Shown here one piece after another: positions 38,283 through 51,000 of a stretch of 64,000 nucleotides of DNA (the stretch's first letter is position 1; each line of letters begins with the position of its first letter). The notes under the pieces were generated by a model. It saw only the letters and a program-made list of their open reading frames with translations, was not told the origin of the DNA and made no database searches. Source of the DNA: Pocillopora damicornis (Eukaryota); the NCBI RefSeq assembly GCF_003704095.1, contig NW_020843670.1, positions 62,001 to 126,000 of the forward strand. The letters are read 5' to 3'. Position numbers and translations under genes: made by a program.

Positions 38283-39233
38283 ATGGTAGATGTGACTTTG
38301 CACTTCGTCATTTTAGCCTCTATGTCAATCCTCATTGTGGCTGCCAATATCATCGTTTGCGTATCTGTAGTAACAAACGCTCAACTTCGCACTTACACAA
38401 ACGGATTTCTCGTATCTTTGGCCGTTTCAGACATTTTAACGGGCGGACTCTTCTTTCCCGTTCACCTTAGTGGGCCATATTCGCCTGTAGCTTTCACAGA
38501 AGGCTACTTGGTTGCTTTCGTTCTGTTGGCTGGTGTTGGCAATATTTGTTTGGTCACATGGGATCGCTATATTGCTGTTACCAAACCGTTCCAGTACAAG
38601 GAAACAGTGAAGAAACACTTCTCAAAGATGATTATCGTGATTTGGGCAATTTCCTTACTCGTTGCTCTCTTACCTCTGACATGGATGACAGATTACAATA
38701 TCGTCATTCACAAAGTGTATCTCTTTTGCTTAATGGGCTTTTTTGTTGTCATCCCGTACGCAGCAATATTTCTTGCTTACTACAAAATTGGTCAGAATTT
38801 GAGGAAACACCAACAGAAAATTCGCAAACACTCTCACGCCACTGGTTCTCATAAATGCAAAAGAATGAAAGCAGAGGCTAAAGTCACCAAAGTTTTTCTC
38901 GCTATTGTAATGATATTTGTGTTATCATGGTTGCCGATCATTTATATGACAACAGTTGCCAGTTTGAACAAGCTTAACTTATCTCCTGACGCTCTTCAAA
39001 AAGCTTCTCTTTATACCGTGGCACTTTCTTCTTTGGCAAATCCTTTACTTTACGCATTTGTTAAGCAGGATTTTCGGCGGCAGTTTAAAAGACGCTCAGC
39101 GCGCCAAGGGATAAGTTCTGTTTCTGCAGCTGCCAATAAAATGATGGAGCCTCCAACGGCACCTTGTAGGACGGAAAAGGACCGCAAAAAAAATACAGTC
39201 ATTTACGTCAAATATTTCTCCCTACGGAGCTAA
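38283..39233 (+). CDS. Class A GPCR, third tandem paralogue
   Basis: SLAVSD, DRY, HKVY, AEAKVTKV, SWLPIIY, NPLLY. Confidence 0.93.
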   Translation: MVDVTLHFVILASMSILIVAANIIVCVSVVTNAQLRTYTNGFLVSLAVSDILTGGLFFPVHLSGPYSPVAFTEGYLVAFVLLAGVGNICLVTWDRYIAVTKPFQYKETVKKHFSKMIIVIWAISLLVALLPLTWMTDYNIVIHKVYLFCLMGFFVVIPYAAIFLAYYKIGQNLRKHQQKIRKHSHATGSHKCKRMKAEAKVTKVFLAIVMIFVLSWLPIIYMTTVASLNKLNLSPDALQKASLYTVALSSLANPLLYAFVKQDFRRQFKRRSARQGISSVSAAANKMMEPPTAPCRTEKDRKKNTVIYVKYFSLRS

Positions 39234-39521
39234 ATATATTCTTGATAAAGGGAGAGTAAAACACACAAAAAGCATTCCCTACACCTGTAAATGATGTTAT
39301 GGTGGACAAATTCCGGTAAGTTTCGGAATAAATTCACGAAAACGAGGGAGCAATCCTCCATATCATTCCCAATTATTCGTAAAACAAAACCCACTTTGTT
39401 TCCGTATATCTATAAACAGCCTCAATCACTCAACAATAACAGAATAAGTGCGTAAAAAGATAAGGCAATCTTCTTTTCACCAAGGAACTCAGCGAAAGAT
39501 TTGGATGATATAAAAGCAGAC

Positions 39522-39743
39522 TTCGCCAGCAGAACAGGTGTCACTTTTCTGCGTTTATGCCGAGCGGAAGCAAGCACGAGGTGGGGGCGAGGATTGAGTC
39601 ACGCGCGTGTTTCCTCGCCTCACGCCCGTCTCACGCTCACTTCGCGCCCACCTCGCGCCTGCCTCTCGGTACCTTCTCACCACAAACCTCACCACCCCCT
39701 TGCCTCAATATGCATGAAGACTCACGCCTATTCTGCCGACGAA
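39522..39743. mobile_element. GC-rich MITE (GCAGAACAGGCGT-type TIR)
   Basis: ttcgccagcagaacaggtgt ... acgcctattctgccgacgaa; related copy at 53767-53980. Confidence 0.6.
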
Positions 39744-40007
39744 TAAAGACTACAATGTGTGACAAAGAGGTTTCCAAAAATGTCTAGCAAGATGGAAAGG
39801 TGAGCAGGTGATATTTAGTTTTGCGACAGGTCGACCAAAAATTAAATAATCCCACAGCAGCTTGACTTAGCTCGAAATGTTTTAGAAAATAAAGTATTTA
39901 TTGATGTTGGATATTAAAATGGAGAAATTAGTCTTCAATTTACTAGTCATGGCAATGACAAAAATCGTTACAAAAGAGAGCCAAAGAACAGTCACTCGGT
40001 ACTAAAA

Positions 40008-40646
40008 TTAAGAATTTGGTATATTTGTCTTGCGCTTGCGAAGGAAAAACCACTCATTAATAGATTTGTCTTCAGGATGCGAGAGGCTTGTCATCACCTC
40101 AAAACCATAATTAGTGATTTCTTGTAGAATCGCTGTAGTAGATGAGTCCGCCTGTTCTTTATCGAACGAAAATACGAGAGGGCTACAGATGCAGTCGTAG
40201 CCATGAAATATCTCCTGTAAGATGAGCTTCTCGGCGAAAACCGTCAGCAACGTCTCTAATCCGTGCTTATCTCTGTCCAGAGTTATTCGAATCACTTGAT
40301 TTCTTCCCACAGTACTGCTTAATTTGATTTTTTTCAAGGCTTCAATGAGACGAGGAATTTGATAAAAATCGGCCTCCTCAGCGAGCTGATCAAATTCCTG
40401 AAAATTGTCAGGTAGATTCAACTTGGAAGAGCGCAAGAAATTTAACACATACCGAAACATCGGCCCGTCACGATCGATGAAGAAATTTCCTCGAGAATCT
40501 TTCGCCACCGGCCGCCGTCCACTAAACATGACCCCCAACATGGAGTCTGGAAATCTTGTAAGGCTTGCTAGTGATGTGGTGTAAACATTGCCTCCAACGT
40601 TTACGTCTATTATGGATGGAAATTCTTGAACTTCGTCCATTCTCAT
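40008..40646 (-). CDS. KCTD-family BTB/POZ (T1-type) protein
   Basis: IIDVNVGGNVYTTSLASLTRFPDSMLGVMFSG...FFIDRDGPMFRYVLNFLR...EEADFYQI. First ATG at 40646 (or 40640); the ORF-track start is TTG. Likely 5'UTR intron ~40657-40986. Confidence 0.92.
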   Translation of the reverse strand: MRMDEVQEFPSIIDVNVGGNVYTTSLASLTRFPDSMLGVMFSGRRPVAKDSRGNFFIDRDGPMFRYVLNFLRSSKLNLPDNFQEFDQLAEEADFYQIPRLIEALKKIKLSSTVGRNQVIRITLDRDKHGLETLLTVFAEKLILQEIFHGYDCICSPLVFSFDKEQADSSTTAILQEITNYGFEVMTSLSHPEDKSINEWFFLRKRKTNIPNS

Positions 40647-42488
40647 CAAACGTGTGCTGTTAAAGGAAAACCGAAACCCCTACGCACATCAACTAACTTC
40701 ATTTGAGGTAAACACAGTGGTAAGTTGTCGTTCGAAAGATATCTGAGAACTCCACACATTGGCAAAACGGTGACAACATAATCAAACATAGCGGTGGACA
40801 ATTTTTAGAGTAGAGGCAGTGTGAAAACTTGAAATTTTTACTGAATCTACATCCCGAAAGAACCTCGGTGACGGTGGTGGTGGTTAGATTTGAATAATCT
40901 GAGTTAATAACGTGACATTCGTTTACCTTTTGCCAGGAAAATAAACAGAACTTGCATAATCGATCAAAAAATATCTTGAACATACCTTAAATTCTCAGTA
41001 TCGAAGACCAGCGGAAAAAGTAGCCACGTCTTAATAATATGGCGGCATGTCGAATGCGAGACACGTCATGTAATGATCATCGATTGTGGCGTGTCATTCG
41101 CGTTTTGTCACGCAAGATTTCTGAATTAAAAGTTGTACCCTTTTCTAAGCAATTCAGCTACTATGCAAGGCTTTAGTAACGCACGTGCCCCGTTTTCACT
41201 TCTTGTTTTCTTTTGCTGGAGTCGTATTTCACATTTTCGGGGAAGAAAACAAAAGAGAGAAAATTAAGGAGAAAAAGAAAGAATAAATTAAGATTTAAAT
41301 CAGATATTTGACTGCCCTTATCAGCATAGAATTAGGTTTAGAAATATACTTTTTCTCCATTTAGAATAAAAAAATCCGTTTAAAAATTAATTATTCTAAT
41401 ATAGCACTTTCAGAATTGGAAAGGACTTCATCAGTTTCTCAGCTAGTCCCATCCTCGTATCCGGTGTGAAATAAAAGCCACTCGTCACTCGAGCTGGTCC
41501 AGAAAAGGTGTGAAGGAAAAGCAAATCATAAAAATGTCTTATATCCTCTTAACTTCGTGACATGTCTGCTGCTATCTAAACCTTTTGGCGAAATCAAATC
41601 AGATTTTCAGACCACTTTTCTATACTCTGAGATCAAGAGGGATATTGATTGGACCAATGAACACCGCCCCAATTAAAGAGCCTAAGCAAGCAGAGCAATT
41701 GTCCGTTGACATAAAAAATAAAAAGATGAGTGACAGAAAAAAATCCAGGGATTGTGTATTGCGCAAATAATTTCCTACCTTAGCCTGATCTCCCTCATTT
41801 TGTCATGGAAAAGAACTTTTATCAAAATGTTTAATAAAAAAGTTAAGGGAAGAAGGAAACCAATCACCTCACAAGCTCTGCAGAATCCTATGCGTACCTA
41901 GGCAATTATTGGGGGTTAATTGACAGATTGACGGAGACGACTGGGAATATATTGTACAACTACAAAAGTAAGAGGGGCGTAACAATGAAAACTGTGTTCT
42001 CCGTCAAAACACTGACTGTTGTAAGACCTACCACGAACTTTCGAATTTTAAAATGAATTCCCTGAGCAAATATATTTTAAACAAGGGGAACGCAAACCAA
42101 TTCGAGAGGAAAATTAGAACGCGTTATGCTATCGGACAATGGACAATTTTATTCCTGAATTTCATATTTGTCAATGTTTACTTTCGAGCCATTTTAACGT
42201 AAAAGTTCAATTACAATTCCACGTGTTATATTTCAATATAAGGTATTTCATTTCTTTCCCATTCACCTGCAATATCTGTTTAGGCACAATAATAACCGCT
42301 CCCAGATAGCGCTAATGGCACTTCTATTGCTACACAGTATATTGATTTGACAATTCATGTTTATAGTTAGACGCAGTAAAAGACGAGATGTGTCTTCCTC
42401 AGAAAAGCTAAGAGATTTCATGATTCTACCATTCAATATGAGTTCTTTTGTTAAAACAGGTTCATGGCATGAGTCGTTCTTTGCAGCA

Positions 42489-43127
42489 TTACTTACGAAC
42501 GAATACCCAGGCCTGACTTGCGTGACCATCTAAAAAGAAAGTTGACATCTTGACCTCAAAACCCTCGTCGACAACATGTTGTAGAAAAGCATCTAACTGT
42601 TCCAATTTAATCGGAACTTTAGCTTGTCCTCCCTCCACGATCTTGTCATTCGTTTTGAAGTTGTAGGCAGAGCCGCTCAGGACATTTCCACCCAACATCC
42701 GTACATTGGGCACGAGCCTCTGAATAACCGCCAACCCACCAGCCAACACCAGCTGCGTCTTCGAGCTGTAGAAAAGCCGTAGAATCTCTGGGCCGGAGCT
42801 AATGAGCTTCCTGTTTTTCTTGGCATTTTGAACCTCTTCTTCAAGCGGTTTAATCCCATAGAACGCGGCTTCAATCTCAAACTGTTCAAAATCCTGAAAG
42901 TCGTCCGGAAGGATCAATTTTTTCGTGCGCAAGAAGTTGAGGACGTGTTTAAACAGCACACCGTCTCTGTCTAAGAAGTAGTTTCCCTTTTGATCCCTAG
43001 GTACCTGGCTCTCTAAACTAAAAAGCTTTCCTAGTTTTGAGTCGGAATACTGAGTGACAGTGTAAAGCGTGGTTGTGTAAATATGACCACCGACATTAAG
43101 ACCCACCACTCTTGGAGGTTCGGCCAT
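42489..43127 (-). CDS. KCTD-family BTB/POZ protein, tandem neighbour
   Basis: VVGLNVGGHIYTTTLYTV...YFLDRDGVLFKHVLNFLRT...EAAFYGI. Likely start MAEPP at 43127. Confidence 0.92.
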   Translation of the reverse strand: MAEPPRVVGLNVGGHIYTTTLYTVTQYSDSKLGKLFSLESQVPRDQKGNYFLDRDGVLFKHVLNFLRTKKLILPDDFQDFEQFEIEAAFYGIKPLEEEVQNAKKNRKLISSGPEILRLFYSSKTQLVLAGGLAVIQRLVPNVRMLGGNVLSGSAYNFKTNDKIVEGGQAKVPIKLEQLDAFLQHVVDEGFEVKMSTFFLDGHASQAWVFVRK

Positions 43128-44360
43128 GCTTGGTTGTCTCGAAATAGGAGACTGAAGTGTGAATTGTGCAAGCTGTTTCCAGTGAAAAGAGAGACGAACT
43201 GATACTGTTACTACTGAAGCCCACCATAATAAACATTTCCAAAAGTCACGTGAGCTGTAGTATATCAATCTAAATCAGTCTTTTCTGTCACGACACATTT
43301 TAAAATGTCGTGCCTTGTAATTCTCATTAGCATATGCTTAATGGACCCGCCAAGCGCACGAAACAACTTTACAGTTACTTTACAGTTATTTGTGTATACA
43401 AGGCCTTTATCTTCAAATGGCTATCATTTTGAATGAGGTTAATGCCCATAATTGAAACAAGTTAATTGGACTAAGTACTGCTACAATAGCTAAACGCAGC
43501 GGAAGGAATCGTTGTGGTAAACTGGACTATATCCACGTCTATCAATGACTTGCAAGTGAATTTCGAATTTACTAACGTTACTCAATATCAATTTTTAGAT
43601 AATTTCTAACTGCTCAATATCTTTATATTGTTATATATTAAGATACAGTAGCGTTTGATTTCCACTCCCACATTCTTCAATCTCCGGAATATAAACAAAA
43701 CTGATACAATTTCAGTTTAATAACCATTTTGAGATGGAGATCATTCGGCCCATCAGAAATTCATAGGGTCAAGGTGTGAAGAGTCCCAATACGTGACTTC
43801 AAAAGACTGCTATGTTATGCGATAATATACGGTTTTATAAGATTCTCAAATTTTCCACAATTAGAACTTGGCGTCGAAGCAAGAGTTCTATCTCCCCCTT
43901 TACGATTGTACTAGTGTACGGAGGGCCGTATCGGCTTTTATCTGCGAACTGTCGAGATACCGTAATGGTCCTCAGTGGTATCTATGACATTTTGACTGAA
44001 GACAAGGGCGGTACTTTTCTCCAATTAACGTGACATGTTCTTACGGGAAAACTACAACATCTCGTCACCATAAAGAAAGGAAGAAAGAAAAAGCAAAAAA
44101 CAAAATTTTATCAGCGTTATGTTTATATACAGAAGCTGCAAAACCCAACAGTAAATTACTTGGGCGAATGATTTATTCACACACGTTAGTCATTCAAATC
44201 AGTCCATCAGCCAAAAGAGAGACACTGTATTATGCATATTTAACTCGGTGAATAGGATTAGCACTTGAGTTCAAGTTAACTTTAGGCGAACTTTTGTTTT
44301 TCAGTATCACCCTTGCAGGTTCCTGTGTCTCTAAGCTAATTCCGAGTAAAACTTATTGTG

Positions 44361-45077
44361 TCAGATTTTTGGTAGGCGAATCTCTATGTACTTCTTAAAA
44401 GTTGGTTCCTGATCTGTTATGAAAGTATTTCGCTTATGCTTGCTACTCCCAGCTTCCCTCCTCATATACCTCAGCGTGTCGACAGGAATGAGTGGCAGTT
44501 CGAGGACGCTCCTACCCTGGTGACTTTGAGAAAGTTCAGATGCATTATAACCGAGCTCAATCTGACTGTGCTGCATCATAACTTGGACCAGGTTTGGTGC
44601 CACAAGTCTTCTTGGTGTAACCTCCAATCCCGGAAACTCCACAGACTGTTTCTTGACAATAGCATTACGTTGCTCCGTCAAACAGCATTCCGCACATGGA
44701 CCAATTACATCACAATATTCACGTCCGAACGCGCACTTCGAATGACGTTCAGTAAATTTCGAGTGTATACTTTTCAGGCTCATTCGATGAGAGAGCAAAC
44801 CACCACAAGCAGTGCATTTCGGCTGATGTGAAAGATTATTTACTTTCTTCGTCTCCTTAATGGTGTCTCTTGTTCGTGTCTCGCTTGGCTTAAGTTTGTG
44901 TTTGTGCCAATATTGAATACCGCCTGAAATTTTATCAGAGTACGTTTGGAAGCGGAGTTTTTCTCTTGCGTTGACTTGCGACGACGTTGGCATCCATTCT
45001 TTGCCTTTTCCAGAGGAAAGATGATCATCGACAAGCTTTGGAAGTGTTGAACGTTGAAAGTATTGCCTGTGAGGCAT
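44361..45077 (-). CDS. Uncharacterised basic protein with a Cys cluster (238 aa)
   Basis: Long ORF in AT-rich DNA, AACATG start context; CTAC...C..C..CAECC; ends IRLPKI. Confidence 0.6.
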   Translation of the reverse strand: MPHRQYFQRSTLPKLVDDHLSSGKGKEWMPTSSQVNAREKLRFQTYSDKISGGIQYWHKHKLKPSETRTRDTIKETKKVNNLSHQPKCTACGGLLSHRMSLKSIHSKFTERHSKCAFGREYCDVIGPCAECCLTEQRNAIVKKQSVEFPGLEVTPRRLVAPNLVQVMMQHSQIELGYNASELSQSHQGRSVLELPLIPVDTLRYMRREAGSSKHKRNTFITDQEPTFKKYIEIRLPKI

Positions 45078-46246
45078 GTTGTCAACTCGCTTTTGATATT
45101 ACCACTTGGTTGTTTGCCATCATTATTCAGATTATAATTGAATTGGTTAACTTGATAAATCGCCTCGCATTTTAAAAGCGTTGTTTCAGCCCCTCTTACA
45201 CAGGAGGGTGATTAAATTAGGGATACTTCGAGTGAAAGATGACCACATCGCGCTTTTCCTTATTTCCTCGCTTTTCTTGTTTACTAACCCGCAAGAATAC
45301 TTCTCCTAAGTTACCGACTAATTACAATGCACTACTTAGGCCTAAGGCGATTATTTACGATCAATCTAACATGACTGACCATTGCCGAAGAGGTCACGCT
45401 TGACAGGAGCTGGATTAAAATGCTTTGTCGGAGAGGACAATGTGCCATTGTCAACACCACAGTGTAGTCACAAAGGAGAATTGAATACGCCGAGCGAAAA
45501 TTGAGAAGGAAAGAAAAAGACGATAACGGAGATGAAAACCCTTTCTGCTCAAGGTCAATTTTTAGTTTTTATAAAAAGCACACGAGGGCAAGAGCTACAC
45601 CATTTTTAAATACTCAATCATGGAAATCGAAGACCTAAGGTCCAGCTTTTTGCTTTATTGCCTCTTTTTAATCAGTAATTCTCTAGAAAGGTTACGCTAT
45701 TTGTAAAGAGCAAACCATTCTGTCTTTACCCTAATCTACCGAACGGCTGGGATGTTTCTTTCATTTCAGTAGCAGGTGAAAGGACGTTCGGCACTCGCTT
45801 CGCGTTTGCCTGCAACACGAACATGGCGGCTTTTCTGTAGGGTATTCTCGCCGAATCCAATCCAAAGGCGTTATTGTGACACTTCCTTCGTGAGAGAAAG
45901 GTCAGACTTGTTTAAAGTTGTACGCGGCAAGAACAAGGCATGTTAGCTATTTATAAAGCATGCAGGTCAGCGGGGGTAACATAAGCTAAGTGCGACTCGT
46001 TGACTGGAAGACTTGTTTTGTACTGCACCGTCTGAGAAGACCGGAGAATGTAGCGTTTGAGTGAAAATCAAATATCGAGACTCTGATCATATCATTTCTG
46101 ATCAACAAAGAGATCTAGGAGCAGTTATGTGTATACATCTCCCGGCCAACATGAAATTCGAGGACATTTCAAAGTGGAATTTGTGGTAGACATTGTAATC
46201 AGTACTCCGAGCTTGTCTTGCTGTTTATTCGTACTTTTGTATTAAC

Positions 46247-46717
46247 ATGGCAAAAGCACAAGATCCTAATAGCTCGTGTTCAAAGTTAATAAAAGGTACA
46301 AAAGTCAACGTGGAAAGACAAACAAGAAACGATGGAAATTGCAGCCAAAAGGGATTATCTTTAAAACAGCTTCGTCGTCATTTTGATGGCTCTCATGATA
46401 CGAAGAAGAAATTAGAAAGAATCAGACTGCCAGCCATTCACGCTCGAAACAAAAGACGTCAGCGCGTCAGATCACCTACTAACAATCTTAAGCGGGAAAA
46501 CAGGAAAATCCATTATGAATCATCGTCAGAGATCACTCCTGTACGACAAATGATGCCAAAAGGTTTCGAAGAGTTTTGGTTGCAATACAAATCGTCTCTC
46601 GCAATTCGATCGTCAACTATTTTTCCAGACATTGATGCTCTGTCGATTGAGATCATTCGGCAGCAAAACCAACCTCGCGTGGTTCTGCCTTCCATACGGC
46701 GGATCAAAAACAAATGA
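46247..46717 (+). CDS. Uncharacterised basic protein (156 aa)
   Basis: AACATGG context; R/K-rich; contains IRLPAI, FPDI and VVLPSI; divergent from the 44361 ORF. Confidence 0.55.
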   Translation: MAKAQDPNSSCSKLIKGTKVNVERQTRNDGNCSQKGLSLKQLRRHFDGSHDTKKKLERIRLPAIHARNKRRQRVRSPTNNLKRENRKIHYESSSEITPVRQMMPKGFEEFWLQYKSSLAIRSSTIFPDIDALSIEIIRQQNQPRVVLPSIRRIKNK

Positions 46718-47648
46718 GTTCATTATTTTGTTGGACAGTTTTAAGAGTTCGCCCGTTTGAAGACTCAGACGCTAAATGTATCTGTTGAGCCAACGGGGTC
46801 CTGAAATACCTCAGTGTCAAAACTCTCCCAAAGTAAGAGAAGCTATACTTAGCTGATCTATCTAGCAAAGGGTTTTGGGTTGATCATGAAGTGCTGTGAA
46901 TTTCTCTTAACCAGCAATAAAGAGAGATTTCTAAGAGTAAAATTGACTTGAGTTGAAATCAATCTGGTCACCCTGAGCGGCATAAAGATCGTTGATGAGA
47001 GTACAGTCAGTGCCGGATTTGTAACGCACCCCCGTGATGCCCGTGACACATTTCGTTATGAGCTGTAGAGACTAAATTTAGCTATTGGAGAGGGGGGGGG
47101 CTTGGCCAAATTGTTGATTTTTGTTTTTGTCTGTATGATGTGTTGGTTTTGTTGTTAGTTCCAAAAGTGCCCATGAATATCACACTGTTTCTTTACCTTT
47201 TGGTTTTAATTTCCAGCTGACATTACAATGTCCTGCCGTTTTTCCAGCTTAGTTATAGATTCAGGCAAGAGAAATTGTTAGTGAGACAATGATTCTCGTT
47301 AGTAGGAAAGTTTGTAATTCGATAAAAGGGCGTAGAAACTAAGAAGGTAACTGCTGAGGAAACTTTACAAAGGCTCAATACTTGTGTTTTTCTCCAGTAA
47401 CAGGACCCGCATTTCATTTCGATTGTTCAACTTAAGCTAGTGACTTTTCTGTTACTTCGAAGCTTTTAACAGGTAAGCTTAATCTGCCTCTTATTTTAAC
47501 AAACTTTCCTTTGCCGTGATTCTCTTGGAGAAAGAACTTTCACTGGGACATAGGTCAAATATTCTCTTGCTCCAATGTTTCATTGGGAGACTCGTTTTCT
47601 CTTGGTTCAGGCCTTAGGATATTTAGCTTATTTTCTAGAGTTAAACAT

Positions 47649-48251
47649 CTATTTTAACTTTGTATGTTGCGCTAATTTCAGGGTTCCTCTCGCCCACGCA
47701 AACTCTTTCTCTACGTTTTCAAGACGCTTCCAAAGTTCCTTGATGTCTTGATGTAAAGCTGCAATTTTTTGGTCGTTTGTTTTGATCGAGTCGTGTTCTA
47801 GCGAGTCTCTATCGAACTCGTTTTGTTCTTCTGCTAGTTGGTAGTTTTCCTCTAAATCATGAACAAGTTCAGATGCATTTTCATGTATGGTGCACAGCTT
47901 TGGAAAAAAGCCCATAACTCTATTTCTTCTGGCTACCAGGTTTGCACGCTTCTGTCGGTGGTTGAAACAGTTTGCCAAACGTTTTAGCATCGCATTTCTA
48001 TCACTCTGTCTTTGCAAGTTATTTTCGCCAAGAAAATTGGCATCAGGTCCAATATCATCTCCAAAGTCCATTTTGTTATTGTCGTCGTGTTCACTGGTAA
48101 ATGCAAATGTCCCTGGTTTGCCGGCGTTGATTTCCTTGCTTTCCTCAGGTCCTCCATCTAGGATCGAGTTGCTTTCTCGAGATTTCTTTGCTACAGGTGA
48201 CAGAGGTATCATCATGCCTCGTGCATAATATTGCCACGATGCCTCTTCCAT
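47649..48251 (-). CDS. Uncharacterised protein with a C-terminal coiled coil (200 aa)
   Basis: CAAATGG context; heptad pattern IAALHQDIKELWKRLENVEKEF; contains LCTIHE. Confidence 0.6.
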   Translation of the reverse strand: MEEASWQYYARGMMIPLSPVAKKSRESNSILDGGPEESKEINAGKPGTFAFTSEHDDNNKMDFGDDIGPDANFLGENNLQRQSDRNAMLKRLANCFNHRQKRANLVARRNRVMGFFPKLCTIHENASELVHDLEENYQLAEEQNEFDRDSLEHDSIKTNDQKIAALHQDIKELWKRLENVEKEFAWARGTLKLAQHTKLK

Positions 48252-51000
48252 TTGATGTCCTCAGTATTTTACAGACGCACACAAATTTAGTTCTTGACGC
48301 GTTCACACACGCTACGGTCGCCTTCACTCTCAATCAATATGATTAGAGGGTATAACGCTTTTAGTCTGTAATTATATGGCTGATCCGAATAATAAAGAAA
48401 CTACCAATTTCCATATACAACGATGGAGATTAGGGTAACACTCGATTCTTAGTATTTCTAACTGCCAGAGACTCAACGTCAGAGAAATCCTTCAATCCGT
48501 CTGTGAGTTCGCGAACACTTGGTTGAGCGAAACCTGACTCAGATTGGAGTAGTTATGCAAAGTCCACAAAGCATTTCAAAGTACGAAAGAAACAATCTTG
48601 TATGATGAAATTAAAGGTTGTCTACTCGGTAAGTAACCTCCACTTAATTCTATATTTTTGCATCATCATCAGTCTTCACTTTATGCCCATCAGAAATAAG
48701 CAGGAAGAATCGCTGAAGTGAGTTCAAATGTTGATTCACCTATTGAACCAGATATATTCGAGTATTTGATGTAGGTTCGACTATCTACACAATAGATACT
48801 TGATGACTTTTCTTATACGGTAATGTCATCCTTCATTGCTTTTGATGGCTATCTACCTGCTGCCGGTACTTTCAGTTCGTAACTTGTCGAGAATCATCCT
48901 TTCGGTAGGTCAACGATAATTCTAGCTCTGCGTCCGTCTTACCTCAAAATTTATTAGAACTGGTTTGTTTATCAGTAAAACTCCCTTATTATGTTCATTT
49001 GACTTACCAAGCTCAAGCAATTAGTCAATTTAACCTATGGCGTATTCTCCTGGTAATCATTTAACACGAAATAAATTACTTATGCTTTGTTTGCTTGGCT
49101 AGTGTCAGGGGGTAGTGATACGGTTGGTCGGGAGCGTTTTGTTCTTGACATCAACCCATTGTTAATCCTCTTTTTTGTTTTCTCGATGACGCTAAACCAG
49201 TCACTATTGAATATTCTGAATACAATAAAGCCGTCAGAACAGAAAGCCTTCAAAACAACTGAGAGTAATTTCAAAGAATCCATTAAACCCTTATTGAAGT
49301 TGTTGTCTTTCTCTAAGGAATTGTTTCGTGGTCATTAGTGCCATTTGTGATGCCCCGGTACTAAAAAGTGCGTATTCGATAAGAGATTGCTTTTTTCTCA
49401 CAGACATTTTGTTTACACCAGTGCAAGCCCTCTAGCCAACTATACGTTTTGCGTTGCGTTTATGAGATTCAAAATGTCAAATAGTCGTCAGATCTAATTA
49501 TCATGAAGCAGTATTCTCATAATTTTGCTTGTTTCGTAGTAAGTAGGAAAGAAACGTAAGGCTTTGAACTTTGGGTGTCATGCAGTATTGATCACTTTGT
49601 ATATTCTCGTTACTGTTTTCATTTACCGTCATTCAGGAAGGTGCAGAGAATTAAGAAAATTACCTACAATATTTTGCATCTATGAGATAGATCACAAAAT
49701 TCGGGCCAGTTTGAAGATCATAGCTTGAAAGTGAGGGATCTTGGTTTCCTGGATTGTGCCTTAGCAAAAGATCTCTGCACACCGAAGAATAGAAAAACCA
49801 TCTCATAAACCTTTCTTTCGCTTTCTTTGGAGAGTCAAAGTTTGTAACGAACTAATAGGCCTCATCTGACGATTAGACAACAACAAGAGATTATAAACTG
49901 TTTATAACCTCTAGACAACAATTAAGCCAGCATCTTGCTGAAGCCCTCTCCATTACTCAAATGAAGGGAAAAAAGCCTAGATGTAGAAGTTTCCTTGATT
50001 TCACTCGTCAAATAAAAAGCTCAAACCTGTCAAAGAACAATCAAGAACAACTCTATACTTCAGAGTATCCAGTTTTCAATATTTTCTCTGATCATAGAGA
50101 AATTAAAGAGAGCGTAAGCCATAAAAGGCTGAGAAAAAACTTTGGCTGGGTAGTGCGATGATGCCTATTGTACTGAAAACTCAGTTTGCTGAGTATTTCA
50201 TTAAATGTTGTTTATTGTTCTCAGATGGCGCAGGGACAAAACACAAAACACCCCAACATGTACGTGATAGGGGCCGGAAGGGTAAAGGAAGAACCTTAAA
50301 CCACGTCAAGTTGGAACTAAAGAAAATAAAACGGTTTATTCATTGCTATGAATTTACCAATACCAATTGTTACCGAAGGGGATACATTCTGTTAGTTTCA
50401 TCCTTGTCATTAAAAAATAAAGATTGTCCGTAAACATCCCCAGTCTACCGTGGCAAGTACTGTTACAACTAAGGGAATCATTAAATTTTTAAAAAGCAAG
50501 AAACAAATATGACGAATGTTTTCGTGGTAAGAGGACAGAAAGGGTCGCCGACCAAAACTGGAAACAGGGTGAAACTCTTATTGGGCAGCCATCTTCCACG
50601 AGTCCGCTTTTCATTCGTGCGCTTCTGACAATTATCCTAGAAAACGGGCAGCTTGTTGTCGAATTTTTCTCTTAAATCAGTTTGTCGTCTCGTCCGATGG
50701 ACGGGCAACAAATCATCACTGGTTTTTAGACTTTAAGGCGAGCTGAAAAGGCGCAGTGATTGGAAAATTTAGTTATTGTCACGCAAAGCGTGTAAAGAAC
50801 GACTAAGGGACTTGATATGGGGTTTTTCACCATCCCACCCAAGCAAGATTCATGACTCTCACCTTAATTATCTAGCCGAATACTTAACAATCGAGCGAGA
50901 CGGCAGAACGATGTTTGAGCGCAGAAAAGGAATGCACATTTTACAGTCTAATCGCGGTGTGCCACGTTTAGTTGTTTAGTTGGTAATGCAAGCCACCACA

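Noticed and set aside
42489-43268. Extended N-terminus MIYYSSRDF... of the second KCTD
   Set aside because: Non-ATG start; MAEPP at 43127 directly precedes the BTB domain.
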